A stretch of DNA of 64,000 nt from Thecamonas trahens ATCC 50062 (GCF_000142905.1 NW_013657660.1:458056-522055), one strand, 5' to 3'. Numbered from the stretch's first letter, positions 31,901 to 43,100 are shown. The notes: a model not told the origin generated them from the letters alone. A program made the numbers and translations.

Positions 31901-33046
31901 GCCGGCGACAGCGGACTCGACAACCGGCGCGGACCGAGCCGTGTTGGCGGTGGAAATGGTCCGCGAGCGGCGGGTCGACTTGCGGCGGCGGACTGTGGGT
32001 GAGCCGGAAACACGTGCGGCGATCTCGGCAGCTTCGGACTCGCGGCGGCGGCGCGAGCGACGAAGCGCGCGCTGCAGACGGCGCTCGTGGCGCTCGATCT
32101 CATATGGCTCGCCAAAGACTTCGCGGAAGGCAGTCTTGAACTCTGCAACCCGCTCCTCATGGGTCCGCAAGTCCTCGACAATGGGCTCGGGCATGGGCGC
32201 CTTGGTGGCAAACATGTCGACAAGCATGGTGATGTCTTTTTCGACGTCGAGCGCCTCGTACTTGGCCGAGAGGGCGAGCGTGTGCGTGCTGACATCCGAG
32301 TTGGTGGGGTGGTAGGCTCGAAAGACGGTGCGGAGGCCAGCGCGGAGAACATTAAGCCGCTGGCGCTCCGAGATCTCGGCCTCCTGCATCGCCGCCGTCA
32401 GGCCCGGCAGATACTCGTCAGCCTGAAAGGCGTTAAAGTCCTCTATGGCATCGCGAAAGGCGGCGCGGGCCGACGACTCGCGCTGGGCAGCTTTCTTCGC
32501 TACCACGATCTGGCGGGCGATGACAGCCTCCTTCTCTCCGACGCTCATGGCCTGCAGCGCCTTCTTTTCTGCCACACACGACGCCGATGCCGCGTTGTAC
32601 TCTGCCCGAGTCCGAGCCATCCGCTCCTTTCGCAGCTCATGCTCGCGCTCGAGCGAAGCAACGCGGGATGAAAGATGCTTGACAGTTGGGCCAAAGTCCC
32701 GGATCGAGTCTGTGAGCATAGGCAGAGACTTTGCCGTCAATCGCTCTGCAATAGCGCCATGCATCTCGGCGACGATCATGAGATGATTGAGGACCGAAAA
32801 GTAGGTTTGCGGCACCGTTCCTTGTGCTGCAGTGGCCCATCGAACGAGACGACGATCAGAGAGAGCCGAGCGGACGACTTTGGTCAACGACTTGGCATAT
32901 TCATCTTCAATGCTAGCCACAGTCTTGAACACCTCCAGCACATCCTTTGAAAACTTGTGACCACCTTCCAAGTGCCCGACCACAGCCGGTCCCGCGTCCC
33001 ACAGCTTTCGCCCAAACGCCTCTCCCATGACTTCTACACTTGCCAT
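28937..33046 (-). CDS. F-BAR domain protein with a long disordered linker and two C-terminal PH domains
   Basis: N-terminal FCH pattern LWDAG...FKTVASIEDEYAKSL; PH1 GFMVKQGG...SWKKRWFVLT...WVTML; PH2 RYCVLT...FSIQTPD...EWIQAF. Confidence 0.82.
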   Translation of the reverse strand: MASVEVMGEAFGRKLWDAGPAVVGHLEGGHKFSKDVLEVFKTVASIEDEYAKSLTKVVRSALSDRRLVRWATAAQGTVPQTYFSVLNHLMIVAEMHGAIAERLTAKSLPMLTDSIRDFGPTVKHLSSRVASLEREHELRKERMARTRAEYNAASASCVAEKKALQAMSVGEKEAVIARQIVVAKKAAQRESSARAAFRDAIEDFNAFQADEYLPGLTAAMQEAEISERQRLNVLRAGLRTVFRAYHPTNSDVSTHTLALSAKYEALDVEKDITMLVDMFATKAPMPEPIVEDLRTHEERVAEFKTAFREVFGEPYEIERHERRLQRALRRSRRRRESEAAEIAARVSGSPTVRRRKSTRRSRTISTANTARSAPVVESAVAGSPAWSAHVAETATPVPASAELVTDMPDMKSPPPVAAKSEATHRVADLIRNQKRFSTFAFERRDTAFGGSSPVTEDVASAGSADSDATSVEPQAGDVDHFAGSAALMTISSDDDVVLALREVAPRNSVALDNLDLAIAQHPAAGNMAPVTESTEAGAEAGAEAGAEAEAETEAEIETEIQAENVTKYETETAAETETEAETETEAGTEAKTVAETETGVVRNTASLPATQVVEEALECEAARGAQVRMTDFRSDEITEAWRLGHELLGREAALLPTTPLASRLSDNVAEAIDLAADLLGVSASELLVADDTCGAEPEPSPEHESKLEPSSPPPPDLDAYSPAAVTAASAAAGAAGAAAVSATLLPTPPLPPDEMEALGDAELAALLEPQSPSADSMASSVSMSMLASPEVQAELDQIDADLGLDEYASLPVSAPNVGTQSGSASGVDVDVDALASFIMSPDGTEDSPLWQAVMSGSPSSPLGVAIADESLSLTSPESNALGVETAPQPQSEPEMVDMPLPPPMPDMQSSLEPGVACSPPPPPPLPQPQQPHLTQPAKPAVPVRKRSGREKRELPPRPSSQTSVQLGETNAHQHVPGGSLLARMRASTTASVAPSRDFGRAVEARSESDHGAGARSREGLASGTGEQTASSFESKPQPESLPVIKVRPGRAVTEAAIASKRASVAAKRGSKFGMVREWDVVAAERTMLFGFMVKQGGGRGGRKSWKKRWFVLTSRALTYATKKGKDPKGSIFVSAMRAVGTSDEARRGETCIVLETITRTYYFYPAGDGDDQAATVKSWVTMLNSLISSGGVGSNSRSRLISFSSGLQDDSLLAESGAADGLDVTSTELVVLEGQLKFATGAPLLINSATAGSSSSVVVRYCVLTPHSFVVRKKESATKAKHTVRCAHILHLIGHEPGSKPSHGFSIQTPDVLIRLYASNGVEMYEWIQAFQLVIRSHRRAAAKPSASEGGLSIAAAAEALSSPPPSSS

Positions 33047-33255
33047 ACTCGCCTCTTTGGTATGTTGTTCTTGATGGCAAGTCGTGGCTGTCGTTGTGCT
33101 AAGACGGGGTGAGGTGTGTAGCCTCCCGTCGCCTGCCTGTCATGCTTGGACGGCGAGGGAGGAGGGGGGTGGCCTGGGGTTGGGCCGCCAGACGCCAGCC
33201 GCCGGCCGCCGGCCGCCAGCCGACGAACGGCTGACGGTTGGCGCATGTGTGGCGA

Positions 33256-34668
33256 TTAAAGTTGATGACCATTTCCCGGGCGAGCGCGATGTGGTAAGGT
33301 GGGCACCGGTTCGGCGTCGAGATGGGGCGAGAGAATGACCCGGAGGAGGGCGGCGATGTACTGGGCGCCGATAGTGGGAAAGGCGTGCGAAGCACGGATG
33401 GCGGCGGCAGCTGCGCGGCCGCGAGCAACGAGATCGGAGTGAGGAAGATCAGCGATAAGACGGAGGATGCGTGCGAGGTCGGGCGTCGAGACGCGGGCCC
33501 AGCGGTGGCCGGGATAGTGGTCTGCGCCGATGGTAGAGGCAAAGGAGACGAGCGGGTGTGGATCAAGGAGCCAGCCAGCATCCGGAGTGACAAAAGCTGG
33601 CGGGCCGGCAAAGGCAACTCCGACAACGGGCCGCCCGACAGCCATGGCCTCCATCAGCGGACGGCCCCAGCCTTCGCCGTGGGACGGAAGGACAACAACC
33701 GAAGCTGATCGGAGGAGCTCGGCCATGCCTTGCGAGGAGAGTACGGCTGTCGAGGCCTCGATGAGCGGAAAGGTGGCTTGGTCGCGACCCGCGAGCGCCG
33801 GCGAGTCTGCTACGATGGCTGCAATGGCGTGGTCGAGACTGCCGCCGGGAACCTGGGTGTGAAGGACGAGGCGGACGCGGTCGCGTTCGGTAAAGGCAGC
33901 GAGGTAGGCGGCGATGAGGCCGGCAACGTTCTTGCGGGAGGTCCAGCGACCAACATAGAGAAAGACAGAGTCGAGCTCGGGCAGCGAGTCGGGCGATGCC
34001 GCAAAGAGCGTCATGTCGACGGTCTGGCCGAGCGCTTCGACGGGCACATGGTTGTCGAGTGCGTCGGCAAAGATAGCAGTGGCGTGCGGCGTGGGCAGCC
34101 AGAGTGTGTCTGCCGATCGCAACGTCGCGAGCCACGCCTCTGGAACCGAGTCGGTCTCGAACATGGTGCGGCCGACGAGGGCATCGGCGCGAGTCTCGTC
34201 TGCTAGCTCTGAGCAGGTCGCCCACAGCGGTGGCGGGAGATGGCAGACAATGACGAGGCGGGATGATCGAGGGCGATGCGAGCGACGGATGACTTCAGCT
34301 TGCTGCAGAGCAGCCATGAGAAACACGGCCTCGTCATTGTCGAGGCGGGCGAGGTGCTCGACTTCGAGCGGAAGACCACCATGGAGAGCGCCGACGACCA
34401 GCTCATGCTCGACTCGGCCATCGAGCATGGCAGCAGCAGCGGCGATGGCCCGAAGAGTAGCCAGCGCCTCGGTTCCATATCCACACGCATGTACAAACGG
34501 AGCTACCCAGATGACGGATAGCACAGGGCGCGGGTCATCCATGTCTGCACCCGTGCCTCCAGTGGCTGTGATGGTGCCGATGATGATGCTAACGATGATG
34601 ATGATGATGATGCTGAAAGAGGCGAGACTGGGAGAAGTGCATGGTTGACCGAGGTGAGTAGATGCCAT
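33256..34668 (-). CDS. GT-B glycosyltransferase family 4 with N-terminal signal anchor
   Basis: GYGTEA, GRTMFETD, FLYVGRWTSRKN, LPSHGEGWGRPLMEAMAVGRPVV (E-X7-E motif); poly-Ile hydrophobic stretch near the start (start approximate). Confidence 0.85.
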   Translation of the reverse strand: MASTHLGQPCTSPSLASFSIIIIIIVSIIIGTITATGGTGADMDDPRPVLSVIWVAPFVHACGYGTEALATLRAIAAAAAMLDGRVEHELVVGALHGGLPLEVEHLARLDNDEAVFLMAALQQAEVIRRSHRPRSSRLVIVCHLPPPLWATCSELADETRADALVGRTMFETDSVPEAWLATLRSADTLWLPTPHATAIFADALDNHVPVEALGQTVDMTLFAASPDSLPELDSVFLYVGRWTSRKNVAGLIAAYLAAFTERDRVRLVLHTQVPGGSLDHAIAAIVADSPALAGRDQATFPLIEASTAVLSSQGMAELLRSASVVVLPSHGEGWGRPLMEAMAVGRPVVGVAFAGPPAFVTPDAGWLLDPHPLVSFASTIGADHYPGHRWARVSTPDLARILRLIADLPHSDLVARGRAAAAAIRASHAFPTIGAQYIAALLRVILSPHLDAEPVPTLPHRARPGNGHQL

Positions 34669-35013
34669 TGGCCACGGCAAGAATATCGAGGTCGAGTGGG
34701 AGAGTGACGTGGTTGGTTGTGGTGTTGTGTGTGGTTGCGTGGAGATGAGTTGTGAGCGGCAGCGAGGCTCAGTTCCGTGCCATCCATGCCATCGATGCCC
34801 AGCCGTCACTGCGAGGGATACTGTAGTCGTAGCGGTGGTAATGTTATGGATGTCGTCTGTGTGGTGGATGTGATGACGATGCGGATGGCTACCGATGGGT
34901 CGGATGTGATGCCAAGTCATCCCGGCCCGGGTTGGGGGAATCGATCCCACCAGTGGCGAGCTTGTGGCGAGTGACTCAAGCTTTGTCAGCGGCCACTTTA
35001 CGCGACACGAGAG

Positions 35014-36873
35014 ATGCTCGGCGGGCGAGTGACAAGGGCATGGAGCCATGTCTGGCGTAGAATGAGTAGCAGCAAGAAGTATATTCCTGGACTGGCAGAG
35101 GAAGAGCTCGGGTCGGAGGTGTCGGTCACGGGCTGGCTGGCTGGTGTCCGTCCAGCTGGACCGGCGACGGCGTTTGCAACTGTTCGCGATCGTGAGGGCG
35201 TGATTCAGGTTGTGGTCGACGGAAGCGCAGACGAACTGCCGCCACTCGAGTCTGTGGTGCAAGTGAAAGGGCGCATCGAAGCGCGGCCGAGTCGGCAGAG
35301 GCGGACAAGTGCGGTGAATGCGATCGGCGAGCTGGAGATCCATGCCAAGGCCGAGGAGGTTGTGACGGTGGCGGCGGCAGCGAAGGAGCTCCCGATGTCA
35401 CTGGTGGCCAAGAAGAACGCACCGCTGCCGGCTGAAGCGTTGCGGCTGGCGAACCGGCATCTGGACCTGCGGCGGCCGGAGCTGGTGGGCAACCTGCTCG
35501 CGCGAGCTGCGTTTCTCTCGGCCGCGCGGAGCGTGGTGGAGAGCGAGGGATTTGTTGAGGTGGAGACACCGATTCTGTTCAAGTCGACGCCTGAGGGCGC
35601 GCGTGAGTTTGTGGTGCCTGCGCGGGCAGTTCGTGGCGCGGCGTATGCCCTCCCACAGTCGCCGCAGCAATACAAGCAGCTGCTGATGAGCGCCGGCATC
35701 GATCGGTACTACCAGGTTGCGCGCTGCTTCCGCGACGAGGACTCGCGGGCCGACCGGCAGCCCGAGTTTACCCAGCTGGATATCGAGGCCTCGTTTGTCA
35801 CTGCTGGCGACATCCAAGGACTCATCGAGCGGGTGGTGAGTGCCGGCGTGCCGGCGTCGCTGCGGCGGGCAGCCGGGCACCGGCCGCAGCTTGCGGAGCT
35901 CGCCGCCGACGCGTCGGCACTGTCTGGCTTGCAGCATCCGTTCCCGCGGGTGAGCTACGCACAAGCGATGGCCGATTACGGGTCGGACAAACCGGATATG
36001 CGGTCGCGCGAGGCGCTGCTGCAGACTGCCGATGGGCTCGTCGGGTTCCGTGTTGCCAAGCTTGCGGGCGCACTATCGAAGCGCAAGCTGGGCGAGGTGG
36101 CGCGGCCGGACGGCGACGTCGAGATGGGCAAGGGCGCATACGTGCTGGGTGTGCCTAGCGACGACGCGGTGGCGGCACGGAACAAGGTGTTGGCTCTTGG
36201 CGGCAGCGAGACCAGCCTTGGGCGGCTGGCCGAGACCTTTGGAGCCGAAGCGGGCGACGCGCTGGTGGTAGCGCCCGAGGCGATGCGGCCGACTCTGGGC
36301 AAGCTCCGGCTCCACGCACTGAAGATGGCGGCCGAGGCGGGGGTGAGTCAGCCTGTGGCGCACTCGGCGACCAACTTTACATGGATCACCGACTTTCCTC
36401 TGTTCGAGGTCGACGCCAGCTCTGGCGCGATCGCGTCGGCGCATCACCCGTTCACCGCGCCGCACGTGGACGACGTCGAGCTGCTTGCGGAGGGCATGGC
36501 GGCGTACAAGGCGACAGGCGAGACGAAGCAGCTGCTTGAAGTCCGGGCGCAGAGCTACGACCTGGTGCTCAACGGGGCGGAGCTCGGCGGCGGCTCGATC
36601 CGGATCCACCAGCCCGAGCTGCAGCGGGCAGTGCTCCGCGATGTGCTCGGCGTGACAGAGCCGGATGCGCTCTTTGGGCACCTCCTCCGTGCGCTCGGCC
36701 ACGGAACGCCGCCGCACGGCGGTGTTGCGCTCGGCATCGACCGCCTCATGGCAACGCTTCTCGACACCGGAATTCGCGACGTGATCGCCTTTCCCAAGGC
36801 CGGCGGCGGGCGTGACTTGCTCACCGGCGCGCCGTCGACTGTCGATCTGAGCGAGTACCTCGCGACCAAGTAG
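35014..36873 (+). CDS. DARS2: Mitochondrial (bacterial-type) aspartyl-tRNA synthetase
   Basis: KSTPEGAREF, LPQSPQQYKQLLM, RCFRDEDSRADRQPEFTQLD, HHPFTAP, GGGSIRIH, PPHGGVALGIDR; Arg-rich, acid-free presequence. Confidence 0.95.
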   Translation: MLGGRVTRAWSHVWRRMSSSKKYIPGLAEEELGSEVSVTGWLAGVRPAGPATAFATVRDREGVIQVVVDGSADELPPLESVVQVKGRIEARPSRQRRTSAVNAIGELEIHAKAEEVVTVAAAAKELPMSLVAKKNAPLPAEALRLANRHLDLRRPELVGNLLARAAFLSAARSVVESEGFVEVETPILFKSTPEGAREFVVPARAVRGAAYALPQSPQQYKQLLMSAGIDRYYQVARCFRDEDSRADRQPEFTQLDIEASFVTAGDIQGLIERVVSAGVPASLRRAAGHRPQLAELAADASALSGLQHPFPRVSYAQAMADYGSDKPDMRSREALLQTADGLVGFRVAKLAGALSKRKLGEVARPDGDVEMGKGAYVLGVPSDDAVAARNKVLALGGSETSLGRLAETFGAEAGDALVVAPEAMRPTLGKLRLHALKMAAEAGVSQPVAHSATNFTWITDFPLFEVDASSGAIASAHHPFTAPHVDDVELLAEGMAAYKATGETKQLLEVRAQSYDLVLNGAELGGGSIRIHQPELQRAVLRDVLGVTEPDALFGHLLRALGHGTPPHGGVALGIDRLMATLLDTGIRDVIAFPKAGGGRDLLTGAPSTVDLSEYLATK

Positions 36874-37138
36874 CTATGGCTGGCTAGCTATGGCTGGCTG
36901 GCGATGGAGTGCAAGTCATTCGATGGTCTCGTTGAGTGTTCGCGAAGGCTGTGCATATTTTTGAGCCGCAAGATAGGCGGTCGTGGAAAAGTGACAGGGA
37001 AATGGGCGGTGCGATGTAATGGTGGAGCATGTCTCGATTGGCTGGTGGAAGGGGGGGTGTTACCGGGACAGACGGCTGACGGAGCTCAAAGGTGGGGTCG
37101 GGCAGTGTTGGGAGGGGATGCGGGACACACTTGTCGCG

Positions 37139-40137
37139 ATGGCTTCACATGGGCGTGAGCTGGATGCGTCCATTGGGCCTGAGCAAGCGCCCCATGGACG
37201 TAGTGCAGACATTATGGTAGAGTGGGATCCTGTAGAGACTGATGGAGTACCATCAGCTCGTAAAGGCTCTGCCATGGGTGTGTGGAACAACCAGCCGCTG
37301 CTGTTTGGAGGTGACGGTGGTCGTGGTGTCCGCTACAACGATGTCTTCCTCATGGACACCGGTATGTTCTTCCTCTTTCCTACACCCATACCCCCCCCCC
37401 CCCTTCACCCCTCACATGCCTGCAACCTCGCCATTGGCCTGTGACCTCGTCGGTCGTCAGCGACACGCGTGCTTTCGGCGAAAAGGGTCGCACCGCCCGA
37501 CCGCCGCCTACCTCCCCCCTCCCCCCCCCCCCCCGTCCTCCCCCGTCCTCCCTCTTCCTCCTCCCCCCCCCCCTCTACCACTCACCATCTACATACCCGT
37601 ATGTGTGTCATGTTTCCCTCCTCCCTTTCTCTATGTCTCGCTCGTTCGGCTACATTTGGCTTTTCGCTTGTCCGGCTCGGCTCGGGTCGGCACGGCATGG
37701 CTCGGCTTCCGCTCGCTCTCCCGCTTTCCTTATTCTGGGTTGTTGGCGGGGTGTGCGATGGTCATGGTGATGATGACCATGGGGTGGGGTGGGGCGGGAT
37801 GGCGATGATGATGGATTTTGGCGTGGTTGTGGTGGCGTGGGTGTGGTGGCGTGATGTGGTGGTGGTTGCATGGTGGCTATGATGGCTGGTTTGGTTGGCG
37901 TGGTGTGGCGATGGTCGTCGGCTCGGCGTGTGGTATCATGGCCTGCTCCAGAATCCATGCGATGGAAGGAGGTGTGCTGCCAGCCGTCGCTGGACGGCTA
38001 CTTTCCGCCACCGCTGTCGTACCATGCGATGGTGGTGTGGCGGCACTTTGCGGTGGTGTTTGGCGGCTACGACGACACGCACACCAACGACGTGCGGCTG
38101 CTGAATCTGCTGACAATGACATGGACGCTGGCGCGTGTGCGCGGCGACGTGCCGTCGAAGCGGTACGGACACACCATGTGCTTGTGGGGCGACCAGGCGA
38201 TTGTGATGGGCGGGCAGACGATGAATGGTGGGGCCGTGGACGATATGTTTGTGCTCAATCTGGAGACAATGACTTGGCGGGAGGTGAGCGCGCGCGGCAA
38301 CGGACCGCCGGCGTCGTGCTATCACACCATGACGGTGTGGAAGGACACGGCGTTTACCTTTGGCGGCAACGCCGAGACCGACGTGTTTCTCCTCGACCTG
38401 CCGACCATGGTGTGGCGGCGGATTACGCCCGATGGCGACGGGCCGTCGAAGCGGTTCGGGCACACGGCGGCGGTGTGGCACGACCTCGCGGTCATTGTGT
38501 GCGGGCGTCATGGGACGATGTGCAATGCCGACGTGTACGTCCTCTCACTCGGGCACGACTCGATGATGTGGCTCCCATTCTCGATCGACGGCTCGTTTGT
38601 GGGCGAGCGGCACGCTCACTCGATGGTGGTCATCGGGGCCAAGGCGTACGTGGTGGGCGGGCATGGCGGGACGTACTATAACGACACACAGGTCCTCCGG
38701 CTCGACATCATGGCGTGGATGGCGACGTCTTACACACCGGACCAGCGCGACGGGCATGTCATGTTCATTCACAACGACGAGGCGTACCTGTGGGGCGGCG
38801 ACGGCGGCGGCGGGCGGCGGTTCCAGGACCTCTCGGCGCTCAATCCCAAGACCAACCGGTGGCGGCGGGTGACCCAGAGCGGCGACGTGCCGTCGGCGCG
38901 GTCGTACCACGCCATCGCGCGGTGGACGCCTGAGAAGTTGCTGCTCTTTGGCGGCTTTGACCACTCGTACTGCGACGACCTCTATGAGCTCGACCTCACC
39001 TCGCCCGAGGAGCCCGAGTGGCGGCGGCTGGAGACCGGCGGCGACCAGCCGATGCCTCGCTACGGCCATTCGTTTACTACGGTCGGCTCGCGGGCATACC
39101 TGTTTGGCGGCAAGGGCCACGCCAACGTCTTCTTCGGGAATGAGCTCGAAGTCCTCGATCTGGACACGCTGACGTGGTCCGTTCTGGAGACGAGTGGGGA
39201 GGCACCGGCGCGGCGCTACGGCCAGTGCGCTTTTGTCTACCGCAACGTGTACTACGTTGTGGGTGGCTCTGGTGTCGAGTTTTACAACGACGTCCACGCG
39301 CTCGATCTCGAGACGCGGACGTGGTCGCGGGTCAAGACCCACGGGCGCCAACCGTCGGTTCGGTCGTACCACTCGGTCGCGCTGTGGGGCGCCAAGGCCG
39401 TGGTCTTTGGCGGCGACCACGGCGGCGGTGAGCGGTTCAATGACGTCCACATCCTCGACCTTCGCTCGATGCGCTGGCTCGAAGTGGTGACCAAGGGTCC
39501 CATTCCGGCTGTCCGCTGCACCCACACCTTTTCCATTGTTGGCTCGCGTGGCATTCTGTTTGGCGGGCGCGACGCAGGCACATACTACAACGATGTGCGG
39601 TACCTTAACCTCGACCCGGGCGTCTCGGCCGTGGCAGACCTCTTCTGCACCATCCGCATTATCATTGACAACGGCCTCACTCAAGAGCTGGCGCGTACAA
39701 CTGAGAACCACGACCTGCTCACCTTTCTGGACATTGTCTCGCAGCTGCCGTCTGAGCTCGTCCTCCTCGTCTGCTCGTTCTCGATCGAGTTCCCCCCGAC
39801 GCGCATGCCGTCGGACGCCATCCTCGATCACCACCGCGCCGCCATCCCGTCGCCGCTGCAGAACCATGCCGCCGGCCTCTCGTCCATCATTGTCTCTGTC
39901 TGCGAGTATGTGTACGGGGATCTCAACGACATCTCAAAGACCTCCTTTAAGGGCTGCCTCGTCAAGGACCTCCTCGCTCGCATCCGCACCTGCATCATCA
40001 CCAACTTTGATCTGCCCACCTTTATCCTCCACAAGGATCGTGTTCATGTCACCAACTTTCTTAAGCGCCGCATGGACGAGTATGGCCAGAACTGGGACAA
40101 GCTCGGTTCGGCCAAGCTCACCATCCCGCGCTCGTGA
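37139..40137 (+). CDS. Kelch-repeat protein, 12 blades (two propellers) plus C-terminal helical domain; exons 37139-37361 and 37952-40137
   Basis: Repeating RxGH...FGG...ND...W units; phase-1 intron 37362-37951 (GTATGT...CAG) joins FLMDT-E-SMRW in frame. Confidence 0.88.
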
Positions 40138-40152
40138 CCCGCTGCCTACGCA

Positions 40153-43100
40153 CTACTCGTCCGAGAACGTAAAGTCGCTGGATCCCGAGTCGTGTCCCAA
40201 CTCGTGGTCGTCTGACGTGTGTCCCAGCTCGTGATCGTCGGATGGATGTGAGGAAGGATGGGCTCCGAGCTGGGGGCTAGACTCGATGTTCGTTCCCGCC
40301 TCGACTTCCGACTCGGCTTCTGCCTCGGCCTTTGGCTCGGCTTCTGCCTCGGCTCCTGCCTCTGCCTCACCCACCGCCACCTCGGTCTTTGCCTCGGCAT
40401 CGGCGCCAGCCACAGTCTCGGGCACCATCTCAGCATCGGTCTTGTCCTTGCGCTGTCTCTTACCCAGACCCTTACCCTTGGTCTTGGCCTTGGCCTTCCC
40501 CTTCTCCTTACGCCTGGCACGAGTTGTGGTCTCGGCAACTTTGACGTCCGGAACAGGCACGCCGCGCGGCTGCTGCAGCCGGGCATCAAGCGAGCCAAGG
40601 TACGGGCCGAGGAGCTGAAGGACACCTGCGAGCGAGGCGTTGTACCTAAAGTGTGGCAGGAGTGCAGCGTCGGCCGACGACCAGCCGGGCGTGTACTCGA
40701 GTGGGGTGGCGCGGACAAAGTTGAAGACCCGCCCAGGCACCGCGTCGGTGTCTAGGTCAGGAAGGACGCGGAAGAGGTAGCGGAGAAGCTCGGCACGGAT
40801 GTCGTGCATTCGCGAGTCGTGCGAGAACGAGTTGGCCACGACAAGCTCGGCCACATCCTCGTACTGGCTCGGCGAAAGCTCAAAGTGGGCGTAGCGAGAA
40901 AGCGCGGCGTGAAGGAGCCGGAGGACCGGCCAGCGCCAGCCTACCGGCCCGTCTTCGGCTAGCTGGCGGAGAACAACAAGGACAAAGCCGTACGTGGCGT
41001 AGCCCGGCCAGAGCTGCGCCACCGCGTCGAGGAGCGCGTTGGCAAACGCGGGATCATCGGCAGAGCCGCTCTGCCACTCGCCCAGCAGCCTCGTCAGGCT
41101 CTCGCCCACAACGCTCTTGGCGCCAAGAGTGGCCCGTGTCAGCGCCGTCGCACGCTCAACCCACGCCGAGCTCTTGAGCTGCGAGCGCTCGGCCATGGCC
41201 CGCGCCGCATGGACCAACAGCGCCACAACAAACATCCGCGGGGCGTCCTCTGATCCGTCGTCGCCCGGGCCCAGCTGCGCAGACAGCGACGCCATCAGTT
41301 CCATGGTTTGGTCCTGGAGCGCAGAGACCGAGAGCCCGTTGAGGAGGCCGATGGAGAGATACGCCGCCGCGTCCGGGCCCCACTGCGAGACCATATAGTC
41401 GAGAACAGTGTGGTCGTCCACAGTGGCCACTTTGAGGGCAGACCCGACCAGCTGCAGACCGGCTGCAAAGAGCGCGGTAAACGGAGCTGAGACGCAAAAC
41501 GAGCCGATGGCACCCACCACGGCCGCACTCGCGCCGGGCTCCGGCCCGCAGCCGACCAGCGCAACCAGGCCAGCCACGGCCGCCGCGCACACCGCCTGCT
41601 TGTCGCCAAGCTCTGCACTTCGCGGCGGCCGCCACTGCTCCATCTCGTCGGCGAGCACATGGCCGAGCACAAGGACTGCGGGCGCAACGTCGTCAGCAAG
41701 CACCCCCTCGCTCTCGCCGGCAACCAGCGTCGCGTACACTTTGAGGGAGAGACCCGCCAGCGGCGCACAGAACCGCGAGAGTCCCCACTGCATAGCGGCG
41801 TCAGCCCAGTCCTCGACAAGATCTTTGCCGCGCTCACTGATGGCGCGGAGTTTGTCAACCACGGCCACAATGGTGGCGGCTGGCCCGGAACCCGAAGCTG
41901 CGGCAGAGCCAGGGCGGGGTTCGACGGCCAACGGCGAGGTCCGGGCCGCCAGAGCTGACGGCGGGAGAAAGACCGCGTCGACCCAAGCAAGCTCGGCCGC
42001 CACGTCGGCCATCGCCGAAGTCGCCGCGAGCTGAGCCTTCAGCAGGACGGCAATGATGGTGTCGACCGAGTAGTGCAGCGAGCGCGCAAGCGGCTCGGCC
42101 TCGGTACCGGCGTCGGCAGCGTCCAGCACACCGCGGACAAGGAGGCAGAGGTGAAGCAGGTGGACACGCGCACGCAATATCGAGGCCATGCCGTACTCTG
42201 TTGCCACCACTGCACCAAGCAAGAGCAGACCGCGAGTGACAAGGTCGGTGCCCTCGCGCGACGGGACGCTCGCCAACCACTCGGCCCAGGCCACCGCGGT
42301 CGACTCGGCACCTGGAGGCACAAGCTCGCGGCCGGGCGCCAGCACCGTTTCCAACAACGCGTCGACAAACAACGCCGCCGACGACGACCGCGCCAGGTAG
42401 TGAGCGACGGCGCGGGCTGCGGCGTTGTCAACTTTTGCGGAACCGGAGGTTGTTGCCGGCGCAATGCCGCACGGCGCGTCGGAGGTCAGCATTGGCGCCG
42501 CTGTTCGCGCGAGCAGAAACTTGGCAAAGACAGCGACGACTGCGCCTGGGGCCGCGGCGCGGGCGCGGTACGAGGCCGGCGAGCCTGGAGTGGCGGGCTG
42601 CGCGCGCGAGTCGCCGCCACTGCCGATGCCTGCGGTGTGCTCGACGACCGCAAGGCACCACAGCTCCTGCAGCGCAAAGTCGAGGGCACGACCGTAGGGC
42701 AGGACAGCCTTGGTGAGAGCAAAGAGCGAAGCAAGGATGGCCCACACGTCCTGAGTCGAGGCGAGGACGCCGGCGCGGACAAGGCGCGGGACAGTGCCTG
42801 CAAACGGGGCAAAGGTCCGGAGCATGCGGGCGTACGCCCCGGCCGGGCCGTTGCCGCCGAGCTCGACGGCGTGCGCAACCGGAGCATGCCACTCCATAAG
42901 CTCGACAAGAAGTGGTGCGGTGAGCTTGGGCGCACGCTCTGCGAGCGCTGCGGCGTACCGCACCGCAGCCTCAAGATACGCCGAGGCCTCTTCCGAGCTA
43001 CCGGCGTCCAGCGGGAGCGCGGGACCGGCGTCGAGATCCAGAGCCGGCGACGAGTCGCACGGGCCGTCGGAGGTCCACAGTACAACCAGTCCGTTGCGCG

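Noticed and set aside
34669-35343. N-terminal extension of the GT4 ORF overlapping DARS2
   Set aside because: Non-ATG start, antisense to the DARS2 5' end, and no domain content
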